NCBI RefSeq assembly: GCF_000018105.1
Contig: NC_009925.1
Coordinates: forward strand, 930,001-962,000
DNA: 32,000 nucleotides
From: Acaryochloris marina MBIC11017
GTDB taxonomy: Bacteria > Cyanobacteriota > Cyanobacteriia > Thermosynechococcales > Thermosynechococcaceae
Reading direction: 5' to 3'
Translations under genes and position numbers: made by a program
Notes under the pieces: model-generated
Told to the model about the DNA's origin: nothing
Seen by the model: only the letters and a program-made list of their open reading frames with translations
The model's database searches: none
Shown here: positions 1 to 9,007 of the stretch, one piece after another
Position numbering within the stretch: position 1 is the stretch's first letter
Layout: the number at the start of each line of letters is the position of its first letter

Positions 1-424
1 TATAGAGACTATGGGCTCCTAAATCTTGGAGTAAATAGCCCAAAATCACATTAAGGGCAGCAAAAGCGCTGATATGAATCCAAAAGATAACGGTGCCAGC
101 CCGATCAGCATTCTGCTCTTCCTGATTGGCTTTTCGAGACTGCAACACCAGGCTGTCTAATCCATAAAAGACCGCTAAACCTAAGAGTGCTAGCAGATAA
201 ACATGATTCTCTAAATAGATAATGAACGGCACTTGCGCATGCTCGATCTCTTCTTGAGCATGACTCAACTCCGGGAAAATCTCCAAAAATACAAAGCCTA
301 TCGACACTCCCCCAGCAAACGAGAGCCACCGATGGTGGGGGATAAAGCTGGGGATAGTGAGCTTGGAAAAAAAGGCATGGACAACCGCTAAACCGATGGC
401 GAGAAATATCCCAGGATTAACCAT
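1..424 (-). CDS. integral membrane protein; only the N-terminal 141 aa are visible, and the 3' end runs off the window
   Basis: The minus-strand frame is open from the ATG at 424..422 to position 1. It is absent from the ORF track because no stop lies in the window. My translation is MVNPGIFLAIGLAVVHAFFSKLTIPSFIPHHRWLSFAGGVSIGFVFLEIFPELSHAQEEIEH...VIFWIHISAFAALNVILGYLLQDLGAHSLY, with several hydrophobic helices. The 74-aa track ORF 105..329 is in another frame. Confidence 0.5.
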   Translation of the reverse strand, partial: MVNPGIFLAIGLAVVHAFFSKLTIPSFIPHHRWLSFAGGVSIGFVFLEIFPELSHAQEEIEHAQVPFIIYLENHVYLLALLGLAVFYGLDSLVLQSRKANQEEQNADRAGTVIFWIHISAFAALNVILGYLLQDLGAHSLY

Positions 425-559
425 TTCACTTTGCCCTCAGTGTATTCAAGCGTGATTCGCACCAACTCTACCATTCAGAATTGAGCATGTTTGTTAAATC
501 GACATAGACTTTTGCTGAGAAAAAAGTGAGCCGCTAGTCTGCCCACGGAAACCGAAGGA

Positions 560-1294
560 TTAAGTTTTAGAATCCGGCTGCAGAATCCATCGCTGCGTGA
601 TTATTCCCAACGCAATCCCTAAACCTAAAATAATCCAGAAGCCCAAAGGCGATCGCTCTAAGCCATGGGGTAGGTTCATACCAAACAAGCTGCAGAGGGC
701 AGTGAGGGGTAGAAATACAGCAGCCAATAGATTCAGGCGTTGAGCCATACGGACTGACTCCAAACTCAGACGGCTTTGTTCCTCTGCCCGTCGCGCTAAA
801 TCAAATTCCAGAGCATTCTTAACATCGGTATAGAGTAAATCTAGCGTCCGATCTAAATCATTTGCCCAATCTCTTAAATCAATCAAGTCTCTATCTTCAG
901 GGACATCCTCCCGAGCAGATTGCAGCGTCTCCATCATATTTTTAGCCGCACGACAGATAGGAGCTAAGTTTTCTAAGATCTGGAAATAGTCTTCAGCTAA
1001 AGTGGCCTGACTATACGTTTGACTCAGCTGCTGCTCTGCTTTGCTATAGTCTTTGAGATGTTTGTTAAGTCTGGGTAACCCCTCTCCTCCCTCACTGCAC
1101 TTCCAGGTTCCTTGGGGATTGCGCCAGAAGAAAGTTCCCTGCCGCTGCCGACTCCCTGGTTGGGGGAGTTTATGGAGAACCAGTAACAGATGATCCTCCG
1201 CTAGCATCGCCCGCTGTTTGCCAGCCCCCTTTTGGCCAAAACGGCGTTTAATTTCATCAGGGAGTCGCCAATTGGCAGGCAGTTGCATCGTCAT
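560..1294 (-). CDS. CorA-like divalent cation transporter family protein (short form, GMN motif)
   Basis: 244-aa ORF. The C-terminus has two TM helices bracketing the CorA signature loop (LTALCSLFGMNLPHG ... FWIILGLGIALGII), preceded by a soluble coiled N-domain. It is shorter than canonical CorA (about 316 aa). Confidence 0.65.
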   Translation of the reverse strand: MTMQLPANWRLPDEIKRRFGQKGAGKQRAMLAEDHLLLVLHKLPQPGSRQRQGTFFWRNPQGTWKCSEGGEGLPRLNKHLKDYSKAEQQLSQTYSQATLAEDYFQILENLAPICRAAKNMMETLQSAREDVPEDRDLIDLRDWANDLDRTLDLLYTDVKNALEFDLARRAEEQSRLSLESVRMAQRLNLLAAVFLPLTALCSLFGMNLPHGLERSPLGFWIILGLGIALGIITQRWILQPDSKT

Positions 1295-1380
1295 TTTTTT
1301 GCGGTGTCTTTTACTCCCAATTTGCCCAACTGCACGGTCTTTTGTGCAGAGGGAAATGGGGCAATCAAGATATGCAATCC

Positions 1381-3138
1381 CTAGAACGGGCTCACCACAA
1401 TTGAGAAGAAAAGCTGGCTATCATCAAAACCACTGGTTTCTGGGCCAATGGAGAGGATTGGAATGCCCCAGTCTAAACGAGCCGACATCAGATCGGACCA
1501 CTGCCATCTGAGGCCCAAACCCACAGCCGCTAGTGTCTCAGTTCTCGACCCATCTGTATTACTCCAGCCATGGCCTGCATCAAAAAATGGGGCAAGCTGT
1601 AATAGTCCTTGTTGATTATCGCCAAACCGAGCTAGGGGTAAGCGATACTCGGCAGAACCAAACAAGCCATTATCAACCAGCAAGAGATTCTGGGGATACC
1701 CTCGAACGCTATTGAGTCCACCCAAACCATACTGTTGCAGAGGCACTAGGGGACGGTCGGCAAATTGAGCAGTTGAACGTAGCAATAACAGGTTGCTGGG
1801 GGCGAATTGCTTCACCCATTGGGCTTGTCCACGCCAGAGGAAAAACAAACCATCTGGGACATTAGGATCGCCAGGTAACACTGGATTGGGATTAATCGTG
1901 GCAAAGGCATCTAGACCAATTCCAAACTCTGACCGCAATGCCAAAACTGAATCATTCCCCCGTTGGGTCCACTCTTGAAATAATCGCAGTTGTGAAATTT
2001 CGGTCCGCCCTTCAGCATCAGCCCCCGGCGACAGTGGAAAAGGTACCCCCAATAACGAGGTGTCACTTTCCTGACGCCCCAAAGTGATTCCCAAAGCCAG
2101 TTCCTTCTGCGGCGTTTGAATTACCGGTTGACGATAGGTCAAACTCAAATCTCGGGATACTCCTTCAATATCCAACTGATCGAAGGGTTCTTCAACCACC
2201 CGGCTCCAAACCTGGCTAAAGCTCGCACTGATGGTGCCATTGCGAGCATTGATGGGAAAGGTGTAGCTAAAATCTAATTCGTTACTACCATCGGTATTGG
2301 CATAGCCTAAGCGCACGCCATCCCCAAATCCTAAGAGATTGGCTTCGCTGAGCACCACTTGCCGTTGAAAGCTTCCAATACTGCCAGAGCGCTGGTTGTC
2401 TAAGACAAATTGCACATCAAACGTAGAGGCTTCTTCAACCTTTACCTGTAGAATACTCAAGCCTGGCCCCGAGCCTGCCGTTAGCTCAGCAGAGAGGTTG
2501 CCAATCAGAGGATCAATCTGAAGCAGTCGCATTGCGCCCAACAGTTCATTCACATTCAGAGGCGGTCCTGCCCCCAAATTGAGACGTTTACTGACATAAC
2601 TAGATTTCAGATGCTTATTCCCTGTGACTTCGATCCCTTCCAGTCGCCCTTCCACGACCTGTAAGGTCACTACCCCATCTTCAATCACCTGGTCTGCGGG
2701 TAAGTAGGCTCCTGAGGTGATGTAGCCCTGATCGATGTAGTACTGAGTTAGGGCAGAACGAGCTTCAAGTAATCGAGAGAAAGGAACCGCATCCCCCGTG
2801 AAGGGCTTAGTAACCTTTTCTATTTCTTCTTCACTCAACACCGTGTTTCCAGTGACACGATATTTCGTCACGGGAATGAAGTTCGGATTGTCAGGAGATT
2901 CTGGCTGTGGTGTCGGCTGTGGTGGAGCGTTCAGCAATTCCTCAGAAGGGGGTAACTTCTTGGGGGGCTGAGGTGTTGGTTCAGGTAGTATCTCTGGTTC
3001 TATTCGATTAAAATCGGGTGGCGCAGCAGGGGGAGTCTGTGCCCTAGCCCCTAAGGGTAGAAGATAAAGTCCCCATAATCCCAATAAAGTTCTGAGTAGG
3101 CGAAAGCGAAGGCGAATAAAACGATATTCAGAAGCCAT
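1381..3138 (-). CDS. ShlB/FhaC/HecB-family two-partner-secretion (TpsB) outer-membrane transporter
   Basis: 585-aa ORF with four parts: a signal-like N-terminus (LLGLWGLYLLPLGARAQ), a Pro-rich linker, a POTRA-like segment (LTQYYIDQGYITSGAYLP...VVEGRLEGIEVTGN), and a long beta-barrel-like C-terminal region ending ...LFFSIVVSPF. Confidence 0.8.
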   Translation of the reverse strand: MASEYRFIRLRFRLLRTLLGLWGLYLLPLGARAQTPPAAPPDFNRIEPEILPEPTPQPPKKLPPSEELLNAPPQPTPQPESPDNPNFIPVTKYRVTGNTVLSEEEIEKVTKPFTGDAVPFSRLLEARSALTQYYIDQGYITSGAYLPADQVIEDGVVTLQVVEGRLEGIEVTGNKHLKSSYVSKRLNLGAGPPLNVNELLGAMRLLQIDPLIGNLSAELTAGSGPGLSILQVKVEEASTFDVQFVLDNQRSGSIGSFQRQVVLSEANLLGFGDGVRLGYANTDGSNELDFSYTFPINARNGTISASFSQVWSRVVEEPFDQLDIEGVSRDLSLTYRQPVIQTPQKELALGITLGRQESDTSLLGVPFPLSPGADAEGRTEISQLRLFQEWTQRGNDSVLALRSEFGIGLDAFATINPNPVLPGDPNVPDGLFFLWRGQAQWVKQFAPSNLLLLRSTAQFADRPLVPLQQYGLGGLNSVRGYPQNLLLVDNGLFGSAEYRLPLARFGDNQQGLLQLAPFFDAGHGWSNTDGSRTETLAAVGLGLRWQWSDLMSARLDWGIPILSIGPETSGFDDSQLFFSIVVSPF

Positions 3139-3432
3139 CTTTAGGGTTTATCAGTAACTGTATTAGCTTAGGAATAGGGAAGTGATTCTATTTTGATTAA
3201 GCTCACTTTAACATCATGATGTCTCTTAAAAAATACGCAGTTACTCAACAAAAATAAATCTTTTGCAGCAGTTGGAGGACTTCCTGTCTTCTAACCTCAA
3301 GTTCCCATAAGACTTAAGAGCATGAGGCCTGGGCCGCTTGTTGAATCGGATCTGAATTTTGTTTTAATCGACGTGCTTCGCTGCTTCATCTACAACGTTC
3401 TTATGGCAGGCATGTCTAATTCGGGGACAAAA

Positions 3433-3484
3433 GACTGATGATTTCATCAGTCCCTAACAAGGGACTTTCTTCTAATTCTTTTGT
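3433..3484 (+). other. two overlapping, mutually exclusive hairpins followed by a T-rich tract (attenuator- or terminator-like)
   Basis: gactgatga-tt-tcatcagtc (3433..3452) has a perfect 9-bp stem. agtccc-taacaa-gggact (3449..3466) has a 6-bp stem and shares 3449..3452 with the first. It is followed by ttcttctaattctttt (3467..3482). The structure sits about 145-195 nt upstream of the kinase start codon. Confidence 0.3.
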
Positions 3485-3626
3485 CGTGTTCTAGAAACAT
3501 AAAATGGATAAGAAAATGTGTTTTCTGTCAACCCTCACGTTCTAGGATTAGCTGATCAAGCCTCTAGAAATCCATTAGAGTGTGTAAGGGTGAGACTCCC
3601 ATTCCAGCCTTGTTTGCTCCTGTCTT

Positions 3627-4982
3627 ATGTTGTTGCCCGCTAGCATCGAATTCACAAATCTCTGTCGAACACAGGTGACTTTTTTGATGCAAAGCTTTCA
3701 GGCCAGTATGGGAGCGGTGTACTTGTCTAAAGATTTGCCTGCACAACAGCAGGGGGAGCTGATTCCCGTTGTTATTTATCCCGAAGAGTCAGGGAAAAAC
3801 CTACAGCCAGCCCCTCTGCGTTTGCCTGCAAGCGAACCAGAACAGCCACGGAACCCCAAGCCTTCCCTAACGTCTAGCCAAACTAATATTTTGTCTGAGC
3901 TAGAAAAAGACGAATTATGGTCTGAGAATACGCTCTCCACTTCAGCCCTGGCCTTATCCCAGGCTCAACAAGTTGTCATTCCGTTGATTCATGAAGAGAT
4001 GGTGTTAGGGTTGTTGGTCGCTGCCCGTGAGCATCGTTCTTGGAGCAAGATAGAACAATCTCAGCTGCAGCAGATTGCGGATACCTTAGCCTTGGCCTGT
4101 ATTCTGGATCAGCGCTCCCAATGGCTCGCTAATGCCCAATATCAGCAGCGGGCATTGCAGTCGGAACAACACCAAACCCTGTCGAATCTGCTACATCAGT
4201 TTCGCAATCCCCTCACTGCCTTGAAAACCTTAGGTAAGCTCCTCCACAAGCGGTTTGGGGAAGATGAAAACAATCGCAAAATTGCGGCCAGTATTGTGGA
4301 GCAAAGCGATCGCTTAGAAGAAATGCTGCGTCAGTTTGACGGGGCGATTGATTTAGGGGAAGCGGCCATCGAACCATTTGATACCGACACTTGGAGCTCA
4401 ACGCCACAGCCCAGCCCTCCGGCTTTACCTCCCTCGCTGCCATTAGGGGAAGATGAGCTGCATCTGCAGCCTTGCCAGTTTAGAGATATTCTTCACCCCC
4501 TCATCCAGTCAGCGGTGGGACGAGTAGAGCAAAAGGACTTACAGCTTACGGTCAGGATCCCGAGTAATTTGCCCCCGATTAACGCCGATCTGAGCGCATT
4601 GCGGGAGGTCTGTAGCAATTTATTTGATAACGCGTTGAAATATACTCCAACGGGTGGCGAGGTGCAGGTAGAGGTTTGTCGCCAATTGGCTGAGGGGCGC
4701 CAACCGGCCCAATTTCTGTTGATCAGCGATAGCGGCCCAGGCATTCCCCAGGCTGATTTAACACGGGTTTTTGAGCGCCAATATCGGGGTGTGCAGGCCC
4801 AAACCGATATTCCAGGAACCGGCCTTGGCTTAGCCATTGCCAGAACATTAATGGAACAAATGCAGGGCGATATTCAAGCCTTTAGTCCACGCATTGATCA
4901 GCCCGATTCGCTGGTTGGAGCAACGCCAGGCAGCACCTTTATGGTGAGACTACCGGAATGTGACGTCAAGATTTTGGCCTGA
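3627..4982 (+). CDS. GAF-domain sensor histidine kinase (Hik2/CSK-like architecture)
   Basis: 451-aa ORF. H-box HQFRNPLTALKTL, N-box NLFDNALKYTP, G1 DSGPGIP, G2 GTGLGLAIA. The N-terminal ~150 aa is GAF-like (…VVIPLIHEEMVLGLLVAAREHRSWS…) and there are no TM helices. Confidence 0.85.
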   Translation: MLLPASIEFTNLCRTQVTFLMQSFQASMGAVYLSKDLPAQQQGELIPVVIYPEESGKNLQPAPLRLPASEPEQPRNPKPSLTSSQTNILSELEKDELWSENTLSTSALALSQAQQVVIPLIHEEMVLGLLVAAREHRSWSKIEQSQLQQIADTLALACILDQRSQWLANAQYQQRALQSEQHQTLSNLLHQFRNPLTALKTLGKLLHKRFGEDENNRKIAASIVEQSDRLEEMLRQFDGAIDLGEAAIEPFDTDTWSSTPQPSPPALPPSLPLGEDELHLQPCQFRDILHPLIQSAVGRVEQKDLQLTVRIPSNLPPINADLSALREVCSNLFDNALKYTPTGGEVQVEVCRQLAEGRQPAQFLLISDSGPGIPQADLTRVFERQYRGVQAQTDIPGTGLGLAIARTLMEQMQGDIQAFSPRIDQPDSLVGATPGSTFMVRLPECDVKILA

Positions 4983-5064
4983 ACAGGGTAGCCTATAAGG
5001 GGCTAATGGCTTATTTGTGCCGTTGTCCTTAGCCAAAGCAAATGTTTGTGGGGAATAGTACTGA

Positions 5065-6645
5065 ATGCTGTTGAGCAATCCGATTGTGGCTGAGATGGCG
5101 ATGGAAGCAGAAGATGCGATCGCAAATAATCTCAAACAATTTTTGCTGGTATTATCCGTCTCGTTGAGTGTTGCCACGCTTCCCCAGGTATTTAGCTGGT
5201 TTCGGCAAATTCCCTATACCCTTTTGCTGGTAATCGTGGGCTTGTGCTTAGCCTTTGTAGATGTCCGCTTAGTGGATTTATCCCCAGAGCTGATTCTAGC
5301 CATCTTTTTGCCACCGCTGCTGTTTGAAGCTGCCTGGAATCTGAAATGGTCCGACCTTAAAAAAGATCTATTTCCCATCTGTCTCTATGCCGTTTTTGGC
5401 GTGGTGATCACGATTGGTGGTGTTGCATTCGGCTTAAATAAATTTGCCGGGATTTCCCTTACCACCGCATTGTTAATTGGAGCTAGCTTATCAGCCACTG
5501 ATCCCGTTTCTGTTATTGCCTTATTCCGGGAACTTGGAGCAGGCAAACGCCTTAAAACCCTGATGGAAGGGGAAAGCCTTTTTAACGATGGTATGGCGGT
5601 TGTAGCCTTTAGTTTTCTGGTGGGTTTACCCTTGGGGGTCAGTACCTTTGAGCCGTCTCAGGTTTTAGGACAACTGCTGGCGGTCATTGGTATTGGTATT
5701 GGTGTTGGCTCTCTGATTGGGTTTGGCATTTCCTACCTTACCCAACGGTTTGATCTCCCTCTCGTGGAGCAGTCCCTAACCCTCGTATCAGCCTATGGCA
5801 CCTATCTGCTAACGGAAGACTTGGGCGGTTCTGGCGTCATCGGTGTAGTCACAACAGGCTTGGTGCTAGGAAACTTCGGTTCCCGGATTGGCATGAACCC
5901 CAGGACTCGATTGATTGTCACAGAGTTTTGGGATTTTCTCGCTTTCTTCGTCAACTCCATCGTCTTTTTACTGATTGGGGATCAGATTCGGTTTGCCATC
6001 TTAGGGAATAACTTAAGAACCATCGTCGTCACCATTTTGGGAATGCTGGTGACTCGGGCCATCTCCATTTATGTTCTGGGCCTATTTAGTAATGTCACTG
6101 CGAAGTCCGAGATTCCCATTAAAGATCAGACGGTTCTCTGGTGGGGGGGCTTACGGGGTTCCGTCTCCATTGCCCTGGCTTTGAGTGTGCCTGCAGTGTT
6201 GGGAGAACGAGAAGAGATTATAGCTACGGTATTTGGAGTCGTGTTATTCACCTTGTTGGTGCAAGGACTCACAACGAAGTTCCTCCTCCAAGGGCTGGGA
6301 TTAATTAGCGATCAGACCCAACAACAGGATTATTTAGCTGCGACTGCTCGGCGAGCAGCCCTCTCCCGCGTTTTAGATTATCTAGAGAAAGGGGACGCTA
6401 GACCGGGGATTGAACCTGAGTTCTATCGGTATCAGACAGCCTTAGTCGAGGGACAGTTGGCCAAACTGGAGTCTGAATTGGACGACATGCAAAAAAAATA
6501 TCCTGAACTAAAGGAATTTACGGCAGAACAACTGAAAGAAGAATTACTGGCCATTGAGGCAGATACCTATGCTGAGTTTGTACGAGCCGGTCGCCTCAAT
6601 AAAGAGTTGGCTCCTTTCTTGGCAGAGGTCTTTATCCCGGAATAG
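5065..6645 (+). CDS. Na+/H+ antiporter, CPA1 (NhaP-type) family
   Basis: 526-aa ORF with about 11-12 hydrophobic helices. CPA1 hallmarks are LSATDPVSVIALF and GESLFNDG. A hydrophilic C-terminal tail of about 120 aa follows. Confidence 0.85.
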   Translation: MLLSNPIVAEMAMEAEDAIANNLKQFLLVLSVSLSVATLPQVFSWFRQIPYTLLLVIVGLCLAFVDVRLVDLSPELILAIFLPPLLFEAAWNLKWSDLKKDLFPICLYAVFGVVITIGGVAFGLNKFAGISLTTALLIGASLSATDPVSVIALFRELGAGKRLKTLMEGESLFNDGMAVVAFSFLVGLPLGVSTFEPSQVLGQLLAVIGIGIGVGSLIGFGISYLTQRFDLPLVEQSLTLVSAYGTYLLTEDLGGSGVIGVVTTGLVLGNFGSRIGMNPRTRLIVTEFWDFLAFFVNSIVFLLIGDQIRFAILGNNLRTIVVTILGMLVTRAISIYVLGLFSNVTAKSEIPIKDQTVLWWGGLRGSVSIALALSVPAVLGEREEIIATVFGVVLFTLLVQGLTTKFLLQGLGLISDQTQQQDYLAATARRAALSRVLDYLEKGDARPGIEPEFYRYQTALVEGQLAKLESELDDMQKKYPELKEFTAEQLKEELLAIEADTYAEFVRAGRLNKELAPFLAEVFIPE

Positions 6646-6746
6646 AGGGAGTTTGGATGTAACGGAAAACAACGGTCCCTTAGCATAGCCCTCAATTTTG
6701 AGTATTCTAGGCTAACAAGGTTCCTCAATGTTTTTACTCCGATACC

Positions 6747-7310
6747 ATGGCCAAAGATTCTGCTGAACTCATTCCTGTCAGCCAGCTACAAGAGCGCTAT
6801 AACATTAAGCGATCAGCCCTCTATAATCGTCTGTCGGCATTGGAACTACAACCCACCAAAGTGGGACGGCGGGCCTTTGTTACACCTGCTGATGTCGTGC
6901 GATTAGATGCCCTCGGCGATCACATTGAGGCTGGCGGAACCATTCACGACTTTACGGAACAGCCCTCAACAGTGGGGGCTGGTGCCTTGACTGTTGCTGC
7001 CGACGATGGTGCTGCTCCTATGGCACAGAATACGAATTTTGCTGCGTTTTTAGACGCTTTTTCAACTCGACCTGAACCCCTAAAAATGCTGCTTAATCGT
7101 CTAGATTTATTGGAAAAGGCAGCAACCCATGAGTGGCTGTTACCCACTTCTGATTTATCCATGGCTCTCGGTCTTTCTCGACGTTCTGTGGGCAAGTATC
7201 CCAAGTTTGAGCGATATGGGTTTGTGTTCACCAAAGTCGGCCAAATGGGTACCGAAACGTCTTGGCGGGTGCAGAAAGCAGCGAAACCCAAGAAGAAATT
7301 TAAGCGTTAG
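6747..7310 (+). CDS. hypothetical protein with two helix-turn-helix-like modules
   Basis: 187-aa ORF. The N-terminal segment VSQLQERYNIKRSALYNRLSAL and the C-terminal segment TSDLSMALGLSRRSVGKY..FERYGFVFTKVG both look HTH-like. I did not recognise a family. Confidence 0.5.
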   Translation: MAKDSAELIPVSQLQERYNIKRSALYNRLSALELQPTKVGRRAFVTPADVVRLDALGDHIEAGGTIHDFTEQPSTVGAGALTVAADDGAAPMAQNTNFAAFLDAFSTRPEPLKMLLNRLDLLEKAATHEWLLPTSDLSMALGLSRRSVGKYPKFERYGFVFTKVGQMGTETSWRVQKAAKPKKKFKR

Positions 7311-7426
7311 CATTCAATTTATATGCCGATAGCATTCAATTTTGAACCTGGGAAATAAGCTGCTCATCATTCCCTTTCTGTGGATGGGCACACTGGGATT
7401 GAAGGCTCCATCACCCAAGGAAGGAC

Positions 7427-7996
7427 ATGACCTTTCAAGACCTGTTTTCGCTTTTAACTCAGTACAAACCCTTGCTCTTGGGCATTATGCTGTTTGCCCC
7501 ATGGGTGGCGCTGGCAATCTGTGTGGTAATCCCAGGTCAGAAAGAGGAACCCTTTGTCTTGAGCTTTAACTTAGGGATGGCCCTCTTAAGCTTGATTTTA
7601 GCGGTTGGCTATCTGTTGTTCGCTACCAATAACGGCGGTTGGGCACGGGTGATGAAGGAAGCAGATATTTTGCTAATGCTGGCCCCTTGTTACTACGTGG
7701 GCATTTCTTTTTGGGTCACCAAGCAACGTCTTCCTCTGAGTCAGGTGCCCATTGCGCGGATGGTACAGGGCATCGCCTTAATCGCAGCCGGATATCTGGG
7801 CCTCGCATGGATGTTAAAGTCCACGCGAATCGTGATTTTCTCCTTTATCCCATTTCAGTATCTCGTTATCTTATTACTAGGATTGACAGGGATCATGTAC
7901 TTCGGCTTCCTGAGAGTAACCGGAGGCGATACCCAGAAGCACGACAGTATCGATGATGAGTTCAATACCTTAAGGCGTCGGAAGGGGCGACTCTAG
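7427..7996 (+). CDS. hypothetical integral membrane protein (about 5 TM)
   Basis: 189-aa ORF made of hydrophobic helices with a basic C-terminal tail (LRRRKGRL). The overlapping track ORFs 7342..7569 and 7639..7956 look compositionally non-coding. Confidence 0.55.
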   Translation: MTFQDLFSLLTQYKPLLLGIMLFAPWVALAICVVIPGQKEEPFVLSFNLGMALLSLILAVGYLLFATNNGGWARVMKEADILLMLAPCYYVGISFWVTKQRLPLSQVPIARMVQGIALIAAGYLGLAWMLKSTRIVIFSFIPFQYLVILLLGLTGIMYFGFLRVTGGDTQKHDSIDDEFNTLRRRKGRL

Positions 7997-8050
7997 GCTC
8001 AAGCCCTTTGAGCAGTGGCCACCTCCCATTTCAGATGTTTATGGAAAGAA

Positions 8051-8818
8051 TTAACCTGCACAGGGCTGTTTGAGTTTAACCGTTCCAAATCTGCGATCGC
8101 GCATCTGGTAGTGCTGCAACGCCTCATGAAAAACCGCCCGGTCAAAATCAGGCCAGAACACATCCGTAAAGTAAAACTCCGTGTAGGCCAACTGCCACAG
8201 TAGGTAATTACTTAAGCGGAGTTCGCCACTGCTGCGAATCAATAAGTCAGGGTCAGGGGTACCAGCGGTATAGAGATATTGCTCAATCAGTTGCTCATCC
8301 ACTGCCCCCGGCTCAATATTACCCAGCTGAACCTGCTCTGCAATTTGACGACATGCCTGGGTCAGTTCGGCTCGGCTGCCATAATTCACCGCCACATTGA
8401 AATGAACGGCTCGGTTATTGGCCGTTGCTAAAACCGCTCGATCGATTTCCTTCCGCAGCGAAGAGGGCAAGGGAGACAAATCACCGATAAAGGAAATCCG
8501 TACCCCTTCGCGATCCATTTCGGCCAGTTCCTGGCGAAGAAGACGCTCAAATAAGACTAAAAGAAAGTCAACTTCTTCTAAGGGGCGACGCCAATTTTCC
8601 GTCGAAAAGGCATAGGCTGTCAGGGTGGGAATGCCCCAGTCTTTGCAGCAGCGCACTAAATCTTTGAGAGTCCGTGCCCCTTGGCGATGACCCGCAATCC
8701 GGGGAAACCCTTGGCGTTTGGCCCAGCGACCGTTGCCATCCATAATGACGGCAACATGTTGGGGTAAACAATCAGGATCTAAATCTGTAGGGCGAGTAAC
8801 GTAATCGAAGTTGTTCAT
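8051..8818 (-). CDS. uppS: isoprenyl transferase / undecaprenyl diphosphate synthase
   Basis: 255-aa ORF with the cis-prenyltransferase motifs [24 protein letters not shown] and [23 protein letters not shown]. Confidence 0.95.
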   Translation of the reverse strand: MNNFDYVTRPTDLDPDCLPQHVAVIMDGNGRWAKRQGFPRIAGHRQGARTLKDLVRCCKDWGIPTLTAYAFSTENWRRPLEEVDFLLVLFERLLRQELAEMDREGVRISFIGDLSPLPSSLRKEIDRAVLATANNRAVHFNVAVNYGSRAELTQACRQIAEQVQLGNIEPGAVDEQLIEQYLYTAGTPDPDLLIRSSGELRLSNYLLWQLAYTEFYFTDVFWPDFDRAVFHEALQHYQMRDRRFGTVKLKQPCAG

Positions 8819-9007
8819 TAATACGGCGTCAGTGACATCAATTGGTTAAATCAGGAGCCCATACAAGTCAGAGGAAGTTATTCTCTGTTCGTAATAATTC
8901 CCCGGTCAGTAGTTTGGTCTAACAATCTCTGACCAGGATTGTCAAGGTCTAATGGCGTAAACCAAGAAAGAGACGACCGAGCAGGGACCTGAAGAGCATG
9001 GCTAGAA

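Noticed and set aside
105-329. 74-aa minus-strand track ORF
   Set aside because: It is in a different frame from the longer stop-free minus-strand frame 424..1, which encodes plausible TM helices. The 74-aa product is Cys/Arg-rich and non-protein-like.
1218-1978. Plus-strand ORFs 1218..1511, 1533..1715 and 1793..1978, antisense to the CorA-like and TpsB genes
   Set aside because: They are embedded in well-supported minus-strand genes and have no protein-like features.
4213-4837. Minus-strand ORFs inside the histidine kinase gene
   Set aside because: They are shadow ORFs. The plus strand carries all the kinase motifs.
7997-8013. Small hairpin gctcaa-gccct-ttgagc between convergent 7427..7996 and uppS, as a bidirectional terminator
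   Set aside because: The stem is only 6 bp and has no flanking T or A runs, which is too weak to call.
8885-8900. Near-match (tgttcgtaataa) to the tetR operator arm, upstream of uppS
   Set aside because: It needs a 1-nt gap, has no partner arm and sits in an AT-rich context, so it is likely coincidental.
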